A stretch of DNA of 64,000 nt from Faecousia sp. Its GTDB lineage: Bacteria > Bacillota > Clostridia > Oscillospirales > Oscillospiraceae. Positions 40,949-49,006 of this stretch are shown in pieces. Each line of letters starts with the position of its first letter. The stretch's first letter is position 1. Location of the stretch: NCBI GenBank assembly GCA_045651005.1, contig JAZRRS010000006.1, forward strand, positions 84,366 to 148,365. The letters are read 5' to 3'. The position numbers and the translations under genes are program-made. The notes beneath the pieces were generated by a model. The model ran no database searches. It was not told where the DNA came from and saw only the letters and a program-made list of their open reading frames with translations.

Positions 40949-42058
40949 TTAACCTCCGACGGCATAACTACCGCCTACATCATTACCCAAGTCGCAGGTG
41001 TAGCGCCACTCTACCACATCGCCATCTTTCATCTGATAACGGGAACTACCATAATTGGGATACCAGCCATTGACCTTGTACATCCAGCCGGACAGTGCGC
41101 CGCAATCAAACTCATAGAGATTATGGATGCCTTCCACATAAGCACTGTTGTAAATGGGTGTCCACTCCGCTTCCATATGGATACCCTTTTCCTTGCAGAC
41201 CCGCTGCAGTACATCGAATACGGACTCACCCTCATAGAAGGTCACCGTAGTTTTTTTCAGAATCGCACCACCGGAGGGAACGCATTCCAGTTTTTCGGGA
41301 TCCAGCATATCCAAATTGTTCAGAATGGTGGAACACTCGATGGAGAAAGTACAAGTATAGCTTTTTGCCTTGTTCACTTCTGCATCTTCCGGTTCCACCG
41401 GCTTTGGTTTGCCTTCCGGGACGGGATCGGTATTATACTTGTCTTTACCGTCATTTTGGCCCGGTTTAGAGAGATATTCATCCTGTCCACCCACGAGAGC
41501 AGTTGGTGTTTGATTGGATTGTGTTTCTTCTGTCCCGGTTATTTCTTCTTCATCCTCCAGATTTTTGTCCGGGCGAATCTCTAATCCATCCATAGAACCA
41601 TCCAAAATAAGATTCAAAATGGTTGTTTTGCTGCCGGTAATAGAAACCGAAGCAAAAGCGTTCTTGCCTACATACGCAGTTGCACTCTGGGCGTTCCATT
41701 GCTCATCCAGATATATGGACAGCAACGCAGAAAAGCCAAAGGCTCTTACTTGCCGCAGATTCACTTGTATGCTGCCTTCGTCTGTCTTGCGCAAGGTTAC
41801 ATCCAGATTGATTTCCGTTGGATCAGTAATATCACTACCAAAAATCGTCCACTCATAGCGCAAACCATTGGATGCCCCGGTAAATACCCCAATAGTATTT
41901 TCGTTTTTAATTTGCTTGATAATGCTTTCTTTTATAATGCCATCTTCCGGGATCTCAATAGGATCATTCAGGTTTACACTGCCGAAGTTTCCTTGGCATG
42001 CGCATAAGGACATCATTATTGTAAAAGCCAGCAATATGCTCAGTATTTTCTTCATCAT
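40949..42058 (-). CDS. Lipoprotein with C-terminal DUF4430 (transcobalamin beta-like) domain
   Basis: Lipobox LCAC; SVFDVL...AYVEGIHNLYEFDCGALSGWMYKVNGWYPNYG...DGDVVEWRYT. Confidence 0.88.
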   Translation of the reverse strand: MMKKILSILLAFTIMMSLCACQGNFGSVNLNDPIEIPEDGIIKESIIKQIKNENTIGVFTGASNGLRYEWTIFGSDITDPTEINLDVTLRKTDEGSIQVNLRQVRAFGFSALLSIYLDEQWNAQSATAYVGKNAFASVSITGSKTTILNLILDGSMDGLEIRPDKNLEDEEEITGTEETQSNQTPTALVGGQDEYLSKPGQNDGKDKYNTDPVPEGKPKPVEPEDAEVNKAKSYTCTFSIECSTILNNLDMLDPEKLECVPSGGAILKKTTVTFYEGESVFDVLQRVCKEKGIHMEAEWTPIYNSAYVEGIHNLYEFDCGALSGWMYKVNGWYPNYGSSRYQMKDGDVVEWRYTCDLGNDVGGSYAVGG

Positions 42059-42666
42059 TATTCTCCAATCACCAGTCTGCCGTTTTTCACTTTCAGGTTA
42101 AGCGTGGTCATAGCAAGACTTTGGGTTTCATGGGATGCAGCAAACACGGCATCTTCAACAATCAAATCCAGCACATCGCCAGAACGAACACTACCACGAA
42201 GTCTGAATTTTAGCCGCAGTACCACATTATAGTCATCAGCCAAAAATTCTCTGGTAAATGCATTTTTCCCACCGGTCATATCCAAATACATAATGTTGAT
42301 AAGCCCGGTATCGTTGCTGTTTTGTATATTGCAGCTCCAATCCGGCAACTGCTGACCGTTACTGTTTTCGTCACTCAAAATAAAGATGTTGCCTTCTTCT
42401 ACTCCCAGAAATTCCAACCGGGAGGAGTCAAAGGCAATGCTCATACTCATAGCGGGATAACGAGCATCTCCTAAAGAAGAAATGGTAACATCCAAAGTAA
42501 ATTCATCTGTTTGACTCGCAGAAAGTTTTTGAGGTGTTTCCACAATCAAGGTAGGCTCACTTACAGTAGACTCACCGCCACACTGCACCAAGAGCCAGAC
42601 AATTGATGCAATCAAGACACAACCGCCTACAATCCATAGCCATCTATTTTTAAGAAACTTTTTCAT
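42058..42666 (-). CDS. N-terminally membrane-anchored cohesin-domain protein
   Basis: Signal-anchor WLWIVGGCVLIASIVWLLV; FTLDVTI...MSIAFDSSRLEFLGVEEG...GLINIMY...VLRLKFRL matches the cohesin strand pattern. Confidence 0.72.
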   Translation of the reverse strand: MKKFLKNRWLWIVGGCVLIASIVWLLVQCGGESTVSEPTLIVETPQKLSASQTDEFTLDVTISSLGDARYPAMSMSIAFDSSRLEFLGVEEGNIFILSDENSNGQQLPDWSCNIQNSNDTGLINIMYLDMTGGKNAFTREFLADDYNVVLRLKFRLRGSVRSGDVLDLIVEDAVFAASHETQSLAMTTLNLKVKNGRLVIGE

Positions 42667-42683
42667 AGAAACACTCCTCAAAG

Positions 42684-42706
42684 TGGGCGGGGATAAACCC
42701 CGCCCA
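42684..42706 (-). promoter_or_regulatory. GC-rich intra-operon stem-loop
   Basis: TGGGCGGGG-ATAAA-CCCCGCCCA between the large gene and the cohesin gene; only a weak T-tract. Confidence 0.6.
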
Positions 42707-42713
42707 TATGTTT

Positions 42714-45584
42714 TTAGGGATTGGTCGTAATGGTTGCGGCCTTGGTCACAACACCAAAGTCACTACCATCTACAAACTTTTCTACGATGCCCAGTGCATC
42801 GAAGGTGTTAATACGGCTGTCACCGTTGACATTTATGGTGAGAATCTGATCATCGGTAGGTTCATCGCCCTTGCGAAGCCATGCATCCACAGCATTCAAG
42901 GCATCCTGCGCATTCACAACACCGTCACCGTTGGTATCGCCGAACATAATATTGGTTGCAGCATCCTCAGTAAAGGTGAAATTCAGTTTATTCACGAACT
43001 GCTCCATAGCGATAGATGTATCCACCAATGCCACATAGGTTGCAATGCCGGTCTTTGCAGAGATTTCGGCGCTGTACTTAAAGACATACTGATTGGTACC
43101 GTCGTTGTATGTCAGCTTGGTAGCATTTTCGATGCCTACTACAGACACAGCAACTGCTTTCTTCGTGGCGGGAATCAGGTCAATATCATCACCGGTGTAC
43201 AGACAGATTGAACTGTAAGAAATACCCTTTACTACGTTGACAGTGTCTGCGGCAGTTGTAGTATCAACGACCACCATTGCATTTTCATCGCCAGGATTGG
43301 AAGTGCACTTCACGGACATACCGCCAATACTGATTACCTTCTGCTCACCTGCGTTTGCGGCATCCACCCGGAAAGTGACGGTGAAGAACTGCGCGGGGAA
43401 TGCGTTGCCCTCTGCGTTGCCAACAACAGTAATGTCACTGTGCTCATTGGCATCGAAATATACCACTCGGAGCTTGCCATCTGCATCCAAATGATAGCTG
43501 ACCTTGCCACCGTTTAACCGGCTGCCGGCGGTCACATCGGTAACACGCAAGCCTTCAGGAACATTCAGAATAAAGTCAATGAGCTTATAGCCTGCAGCGT
43601 TATCCCACTGATCCAGGGTGATCACAGCATTGAAAGTTTTGCCCACATCGTCGGTAATCTGGGTAGGCAGTCCCAACGTCGCGGTAGGCTTACCCTGAAC
43701 AATCGTGTCCTCTTCGGCAGTCACATCGGAGTAGTCATACAGAGAAGGCTTACCCTTTACCAGACGGTCGTAGGCAACGAGACCATAAGTAGCCTGATCG
43801 GTAGCCATAGCATTGGCGCCAGCGCCTCTGCCGTGTTCAAACTTAGCCTCATCTTCCAGGTAATAGGTCAGCAGATTGTCGATGGCGGAATTGCCGTTTT
43901 TGATGAAACGGGGGTCGGTATCCGGATTGATGCCCCAAGTGGTAGCCGCAACGATGGCCCACACACAGCTTTCGGAGGTTTCGCCCCTGCCATAGGGGAA
44001 ACCGCCGTTGTCCAGCTGGCTCTCAGACAGCCATGTAAAAGCTGCTTCGCAAGCCGCTGCAACCGCAGGCTGCTCCCGGTAGGGGTACAGTGCGGTCAAG
44101 GTCATACCGGTGATATCCACATTGGAAGGCTGGGCCTTGGCGGTGACCAGAGACCAGCCACCATCATTGTGCTGGGCAGCTACAATGGCATCCACGCACT
44201 GCTGCCGGATGGTGGGGTCGCTGGTCTCATAGCCGCCGCAATCCATGGCGATCAGTGTCCAGATCGTACCGTTCATCCCTTGTTTGCGGATCCAGTTGAT
44301 GCCGTTGGCGCTGTAAGCTTCCACCAAGTCCCAGTTGCCAACAGAGGTAGCATCCTTGCCGATGGCAGCAAGCGCCATAACGAGGCGAGAGTTGTCGGTG
44401 GATTTGTTGCTGTCCAATGCGCCGCTCTTATTGACTTCAGCGGCGGTGGTGTTGACATACTCTACGATGCGCTCGTAGTAGTCAGCAAAATACTGGCTGT
44501 CGTTTGCATAGTAGCCACCACGGGCCAGACCGAACACGGTCCACTCACCGTAGTTGGTGCCGAAGGAAGGCTCAGCAACGGTAGTTGCCTGCATGGCCAG
44601 CGTTGCATTCAGAACAGCAGAAACATCCTGCGGCTGACGGGGCGTTTCGGGAGCGGCTGCTCCGGCAACGGTTACCTTTGCAAAAGCAGGAGAGGAAACG
44701 ATGCAAGGCTCACCGGTTTCAAGGAAATGATCGCAGGTGGTATGGGTAAAACCGTCGTCAATACCCATGCCGCCGTCACACCAAATATAATAAGTACCGG
44801 CATTGGGAAAAGTAATCTGGGCATTGCCGCTTTCGTCGGTGGTCACAGAGCCTTCTGCAACACCAAAGCTACTGCCGTAATAGACCTCAAAATATTCTGC
44901 ATCCTTGACCCAAGCTTCACCAAACATCAGATCGCAAAAGGAATGCTTCAGCTTAATGTCGAGAGCCTCACCTGCATTGGCGGCATAATCGTGGGTGTAG
45001 TTATCATTTGCATCAGCAAACAAATGGAAACCTCCTGCCTGATCCCACAGGAAGTTATAGCAGCTGAAACTTGCCACATCCAGGAAGTCACCGACTTCCA
45101 GCACGATTCTGTCGGAGGTAGCGCCAACGGTCATATAGTCGCTCTGCTGGCTCTCATCTACAGGAAAATCGCCGTTGTGGAAGTACACTAGATTTTCGGT
45201 AAAGCCAAAGATACCCCCCTTGAAATAGGAACTACCGGGCAGAGCATCAAAGTTGACCTCACCCCAATCGCCACCGTAGAGTTCTTCATGGGCATAAATC
45301 AGAAGCTGCAGTGCGGTGGTTTCATATTCGCCGTCGCCATCTGCGTCATAAAGCATATTGTCCAGACCATACTCGGTCAGGTCGATGCCTTCAATCTTGG
45401 ACATTGGGACAGGAACATAGGCAATGGGATTGCCGTCTTTGTCGTCAATATAAGTGCTGTCAAAGCTGATGGACAGATAGATAACATCTTCCTGTGTACC
45501 TGTTGCAAAGGCAGTTACAGGCAACAGACCCAACACCATCACAACGGTGAGGATTATGCTCAAGATTTTCTTCGTAATTTTCAT
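42714..45584 (-). CDS. Secreted modular protein: DUF4430-like N-domain, prenyltransferase/squalene-cyclase-repeat alpha/alpha barrel (transcobalamin-alpha-like), cohesin-like domain, C-terminal dockerin
   Basis: Signal peptide ending AFA; QHNDGGW, QLDNGGF, VDITGM, MATDQA repeats; cohesin-like GKTFNAVITL...GKLRVVYF...FFTVTFRV; dockerin GDTNGDGVVNAQDA...NVNGDSRINTFDA. Confidence 0.82.
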   Translation of the reverse strand: MKITKKILSIILTVVMVLGLLPVTAFATGTQEDVIYLSISFDSTYIDDKDGNPIAYVPVPMSKIEGIDLTEYGLDNMLYDADGDGEYETTALQLLIYAHEELYGGDWGEVNFDALPGSSYFKGGIFGFTENLVYFHNGDFPVDESQQSDYMTVGATSDRIVLEVGDFLDVASFSCYNFLWDQAGGFHLFADANDNYTHDYAANAGEALDIKLKHSFCDLMFGEAWVKDAEYFEVYYGSSFGVAEGSVTTDESGNAQITFPNAGTYYIWCDGGMGIDDGFTHTTCDHFLETGEPCIVSSPAFAKVTVAGAAAPETPRQPQDVSAVLNATLAMQATTVAEPSFGTNYGEWTVFGLARGGYYANDSQYFADYYERIVEYVNTTAAEVNKSGALDSNKSTDNSRLVMALAAIGKDATSVGNWDLVEAYSANGINWIRKQGMNGTIWTLIAMDCGGYETSDPTIRQQCVDAIVAAQHNDGGWSLVTAKAQPSNVDITGMTLTALYPYREQPAVAAACEAAFTWLSESQLDNGGFPYGRGETSESCVWAIVAATTWGINPDTDPRFIKNGNSAIDNLLTYYLEDEAKFEHGRGAGANAMATDQATYGLVAYDRLVKGKPSLYDYSDVTAEEDTIVQGKPTATLGLPTQITDDVGKTFNAVITLDQWDNAAGYKLIDFILNVPEGLRVTDVTAGSRLNGGKVSYHLDADGKLRVVYFDANEHSDITVVGNAEGNAFPAQFFTVTFRVDAANAGEQKVISIGGMSVKCTSNPGDENAMVVVDTTTAADTVNVVKGISYSSICLYTGDDIDLIPATKKAVAVSVVGIENATKLTYNDGTNQYVFKYSAEISAKTGIATYVALVDTSIAMEQFVNKLNFTFTEDAATNIMFGDTNGDGVVNAQDALNAVDAWLRKGDEPTDDQILTINVNGDSRINTFDALGIVEKFVDGSDFGVVTKAATITTNP

Positions 45585-45826
45585 TCAAAATTCGTCCTTT
45601 CTGATTTGTTCGGGGCGTCGTGGGTGCCGCCCCCTGCAGTTTTTTCCTTGGGTTGTTTCAGTCCTGCGGACTCCAATGCGCGAGGCCAGGTTCCAAGATA
45701 AGCCTTAATTTGGGAGCAGGTTGCACTATCGAAGTCTTTCTTTGTAGGGAGTCTCCCCAGTTCCTGGCACTTGCATCGCAAAAGGTCCTCCGCCCAGGCC
45801 TTTTTCTCTTCGGGTGTCACTTGCAT
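45581..45826 (-). CDS. Small protein resembling the homing-endonuclease-associated repeat
   Basis: ELGRLPTKKDF...IKAYLGTWPRALESAGL; AAAGGAGG RBS; ATGA overlap with the next gene. Confidence 0.7.
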   Translation of the reverse strand: MQVTPEEKKAWAEDLLRCKCQELGRLPTKKDFDSATCSQIKAYLGTWPRALESAGLKQPKEKTAGGGTHDAPNKSERTNFE

Positions 45827-45859
45827 CCCTCCTTTGCTGGTTTGTAGCTTATCCGCAAA

Positions 45860-45907
45860 CAAAAAATGCAACCTATTTATCCTCAAGTACGGATAAATTA
45901 GGCTGCA
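45860..45907 (-). terminator. Attenuator terminator of the proximal riboswitch
   Basis: Minus strand TGCAGCCTAATTTATCC...GGATAAATAGGTTGCA-TTTTTT. Confidence 0.75.
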
Positions 45908-45934
45908 CTCTCCTGTCAAAGCGTGATAAACCCA

Positions 45935-46030
45935 AACGATAGGTTAGGCTCTCTGACTTATGGCGATGCCAAATACAGCAATGGACGGTTGTTCCGGTTT
46001 CTCACCGGATCACCTAAACCTATCGTATCA
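45935..46030 (-). promoter_or_regulatory. Compact cobalamin riboswitch (proximal)
   Basis: CGATAGGTT/AACCTATCG closing stem; CCGGTGAGAAACCGG, CATTGCTGTA and AAGTCAG B12-box elements; lacks the long peripheral extension. Confidence 0.72.
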
Positions 46031-46050
46031 GTAATATTCAGTTGGCATGC

Positions 46051-46096
46051 AGAAAAAGCAAAAAGCAGCAGCAACCCTATACTGGGCCGCTGCAGC
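46051..46096 (-). terminator. Attenuator terminator of the distal riboswitch
   Basis: Minus strand GCAGCGGCCC...GGGTTGCTGC followed by TGCTTTTTGCTTTTT. Confidence 0.7.
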
Positions 46097-46151
46097 CGGT
46101 TTTCCGCAACAAAAAATCACAGGCTCCGTACTTGCAGACCCTAGTGTTTTC

Positions 46152-46338
46152 CCTCATTTAAGCAGTTCTTCTGACTTACGCATCCTAAGCTCCACACAGC
46201 CTTCTCAGTTTTCCCCAATGACCGACTTTCGTCAAGTGTGTGCCTCCACGCATACAGCGGCGGTACCGTCCGGGAATCTCACCCGGTTTTCTATTCTCTT
46301 GCAGTGCTGTTACCACATCTGCAAGCACTTAAACGGAA
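46152..46338 (-). promoter_or_regulatory. Full-length cobalamin (AdoCbl-type) riboswitch (distal)
   Basis: AATAGAAAACCGGGTGAGATTCCCGGACGGTACCGCCGCTGTA...GTCATTGGGGAAAACTGAGAAGGC...TAAGTCAGAAGAACTGC. Confidence 0.9.
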
Positions 46339-46355
46339 TATTTACTTTGAAAACC

Positions 46356-46384
46356 AGTATACACGATTGTCCAGCAAATGTCAA
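46356..46384 (-). promoter_or_regulatory. sigmaA promoter of the B12 operon
   Basis: TTGACA-N17-TATACT directly upstream of the distal riboswitch. Confidence 0.8.
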
Positions 46385-46531
46385 TCGAAAATAGTATTTT
46401 TACCTCGCTTTTGCCTCATAGTAAAAAACAAAAATAGCGCAAAAATATTGTAAAAGAGTTATAACACCATTCAAACTTACATATAAGAAAAAGGAAATCC
46501 GGTCAGGATGAATTTCCTAACCGGATTTCAC

Positions 46532-46623
46532 TGGCGGAGTGAGAGGGATTTGAACCCTCGCGCGCTGTTTAGACGCCTACTCCCTTAGCAGGGGAGCCCC
46601 TTCGGCCTCTTGGGTATCACTCC
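46532..46623 (-). tRNA. tRNA-Ser(GCT)
   Basis: GGAGTGATACCCAAGAGGCCGAAGGGGCTCCCCTGCTAAGGGAGTAGG...GGTTCAAATCCCTCTCACTCCGCCA; long variable arm. Confidence 0.96.
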
Positions 46624-46745
46624 GAATCAAAAGAATTATTCTTTTGTATGCCAAAGTATTCTAGCACAGAGTACATCTTTTGTCAAGGGAAAATACACCT
46701 TTCTCTCAAAAAAGAGATTGCCGCCAAAGGCGGCAATCAAAATCA

Positions 46746-47114
46746 TTAACTTGGAAAAATATTTGTGATCAAAATCAAAACAGGCAGCATCAAGGAAAAC
46801 AGGCTAATCAACCACGGATAGATCACACGGCGGGAACAAAACATAAACAACAAGCAAAGAGCAGTCAGTGCCAACGGACCAAACACCGCCACTTCCCTTG
46901 CGATCATTTTCGCATACTCGCCGGTTGCCTGCAGATCGATGCCCACCATAGCCGGCAACGTCGCTTCATTGTAAACCGCCAGACACACGGCACCCACGGC
47001 TACAGGAATCGCAAGACCCACACTGCGAAGGCGGAACACCCAAGTCCAAAAAGATTTCCAACCGGCAACGAAGCGCTGCCAGCTATTTTTTGTGCCAACA
47101 TTCTTTTTACCCAT
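46746..47114 (-). CDS. Hypothetical membrane protein (about 3 TM)
   Basis: GGAGGTG RBS before MGKK; hydrophobic segments; terminator GATTGCCGCC/GGCGGCAATC just downstream. Confidence 0.75.
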   Translation of the reverse strand: MGKKNVGTKNSWQRFVAGWKSFWTWVFRLRSVGLAIPVAVGAVCLAVYNEATLPAMVGIDLQATGEYAKMIAREVAVFGPLALTALCLLFMFCSRRVIYPWLISLFSLMLPVLILITNIFPS

Positions 47115-47281
47115 AAAGCCACCTCCGGCGAATTGTAATTTTTTTATTATAATAGCATACTTTCTTATAGGATGCAAGCTATTGGGGAAATCTTTAAAAA
47201 CCTTCGTTTCTTATTGTCCGTTTTATTGTACTTTTCCTATTGTATCCTAATAGCAGATAAACCGCTAAGGAGGAATGGAAT

Positions 47282-47452
47282 ATGAAAATCGCTGCAGTAA
47301 AACAAAACGCTTTAAAGGCTAGACCGAACATTCCCTACCCCAACGCCGCCACCACAAAGGAACTTGTGCACAGGTTTCTTAACCTTGCCACCATGGCAGG
47401 TGTCGGTGCAGCTATGGCAGCCGCAGCACTGTTTCTGATGGCAATTCTTTAA
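47282..47452 (+). CDS. 56-aa small protein with a C-terminal hydrophobic helix
   Basis: Below the ORF-track cutoff; AAGGAGG RBS; MKIAAVKQNALKARPNIPYPNAATTKELVHRFLNLATMAGVGAAMAAAALFLMAIL. Confidence 0.7.
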   Translation: MKIAAVKQNALKARPNIPYPNAATTKELVHRFLNLATMAGVGAAMAAAALFLMAIL

Positions 47453-47940
47453 AGGAGCTCCTCCTGCCCGATAATACGGCAGGAGGTCACTATTTGATCC
47501 TCCACTTCCACAATGCCGACACTACCGCTGTAACCACGGCAAGAGCCGGGATTCATCACCCACATACCATCGCAAGTTTGATAACAGCTTGCTACGTGGG
47601 TATGCCCGTAGAGTGCCACCTTTGCTTGCATTTGATTGGCAGCAGATGACAAAACACTGTCATCCCCCTTCACGCCGTGTTTATGTCCATGGGTCATAAA
47701 GAAACGAACACCACCAATATCATAACACAGCACCAGCGGCTCTCGTGCACCAACGCCAAAACAATCACCGTTTCCCGGCACTTGATGAATGCGGATATGG
47801 GGATACAATTCTGCGACCGCCTGCCCGTCCTCATAATAATCCCCCAGGTGAACTATGTGATCCGGCTTCAGTTTATCCACGCAACGCCGCATAAAACTAA
47901 GACTCGAATGGGAATCACTCATCACAAGAATTTTCAGCAT
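47449..47940 (-). CDS. Metallophosphoesterase, YfcE/MJ0936 family
   Basis: SDSH, HLGD, PGNGD, THGH, YGHTH, NPGS. Confidence 0.92.
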   Translation of the reverse strand: MLKILVMSDSHSSLSFMRRCVDKLKPDHIVHLGDYYEDGQAVAELYPHIRIHQVPGNGDCFGVGAREPLVLCYDIGGVRFFMTHGHKHGVKGDDSVLSSAANQMQAKVALYGHTHVASCYQTCDGMWVMNPGSCRGYSGSVGIVEVEDQIVTSCRIIGQEELL

Positions 47941-48027
47941 ACACGAATCCTCTGCCTTTTGCATATAGTAGTATCGAATACAATACGTTTAATTATTATA
48001 GCAGATTTTATGACAGGAGGCAATGCT

Positions 48028-48252
48028 ATGCAGAAGAATCTGGGAGGATTTTCCGTAGAAGATGCAATTCGTCTTGCTACGACACCGGCTGGGCAGCAGC
48101 TGATTGAGCTGTTAAAACAATCAAACGCATCCGCACTGCAGGAAGCTGCAGCACAGGCTGCCGGAGGCGACATGGAACAGGCAAAAAAACTTCTTTGCCC
48201 ACTGCTGGCATCTGATGAAGTAAAAAAGCTACTGCAGCAGTTGGGAGGATAA
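48028..48252 (+). CDS. Hypothetical protein (74 aa, Gln/Ala-rich helical)
   Basis: AGGAGG RBS; MQKNLGGFSVEDAIRLATTPAGQQL; first of three tightly linked ORFs. Confidence 0.75.
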   Translation: MQKNLGGFSVEDAIRLATTPAGQQLIELLKQSNASALQEAAAQAAGGDMEQAKKLLCPLLASDEVKKLLQQLGG

Positions 48253-48255
48253 GTC

Positions 48256-48615
48256 GTGGACAACATACAAGAACAAATGAACACAGTACTGAACAATCCG
48301 GAAATGATGCAAAAAATAATGGGACTTGCGCAATCTCTAGGACAGACACAATCCGCACAAAACACATCTGTGCCTCACGAAAACGCAGACATTCCTTTCC
48401 CTGAGATCGATATTTCTATGCTGCAAAAGCTGTCAAAGCTTGCCGGCGGCAGCAAGATCGACAAAAATCAGCAGTCATTACTCAGTGCGCTTCGCCCTTA
48501 CTTAAGCAACGACCGCATCAACAAGCTCGAGAAGGCTATGCGAGCTGCCAAGCTCGCCAATATAGCCTCCGGTCTTTTAGGAAGCTCCGGCTTTCAATTT
48601 AACGCAGGCAGGTGA
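48256..48615 (+). CDS. Hypothetical protein, possibly sporulation-associated
   Basis: GGAGG RBS; VLNNPEMMQKIMGLA and LLSALRPYLSNDRINKLEKAM motifs. Confidence 0.75.
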   Translation: MDNIQEQMNTVLNNPEMMQKIMGLAQSLGQTQSAQNTSVPHENADIPFPEIDISMLQKLSKLAGGSKIDKNQQSLLSALRPYLSNDRINKLEKAMRAAKLANIASGLLGSSGFQFNAGR

Positions 48616-48621
48616 TGAGAC

Positions 48622-48954
48622 TTGTATAACCGATATATTCCCCAACCGGACGGCACCTACCTAAGAAACCGTGTTCCGGATCCCATTCCAAAACCATCTC
48701 CGCCACCTGCTCCTACACCACCGCCACCCTGTCCAAATCCGGAAGTGCCCCCTTGTCCTCCGCCACGGAATAAGTACCGGCAGCCACATCCCCCAAAACA
48801 AGACAGCATTCCCGATTTCTTTAAGCATCTTCTTCCCAAAAATATGGACACCGGAGATCTGCTGATTATTCTTCTGCTGCTTTTAATGGCAGGTGACTGT
48901 GACGAAAACAAGAATACCGCCCTGCTGACTTTGGCGATTTACTTTTTTCTGTAA
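48622..48954 (+). CDS. Proline-rich hypothetical protein with a hydrophobic C-terminus, possibly sporulation-associated
   Basis: MYNRYIP start, poly-Pro tract, DTGDLLIILLLLL. Confidence 0.72.
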   Translation: MYNRYIPQPDGTYLRNRVPDPIPKPSPPPAPTPPPPCPNPEVPPCPPPRNKYRQPHPPKQDSIPDFFKHLLPKNMDTGDLLIILLLLLMAGDCDENKNTALLTLAIYFFL

Positions 48955-49006
48955 AATTCTTGCAAGACAGAGGTATCCGTTATATAATCACCTTGAGGTG
49001 AACAGC

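Noticed and set aside
43833-45191. 452-aa plus-strand ORF
   Set aside because: Antisense to the large secreted B12-operon gene; no recognisable features.
42714-45584. Squalene-hopene cyclase or prenyltransferase enzyme
   Set aside because: Secreted, no DXDD catalytic motif seen in the barrel, and the B12/ECF context favours a binding role.
37356-46532. B12 operon as an integrative island at the 3' end of tRNA-Ser
   Set aside because: No integrase, and I found no duplicated tRNA 3' end at the far boundary.
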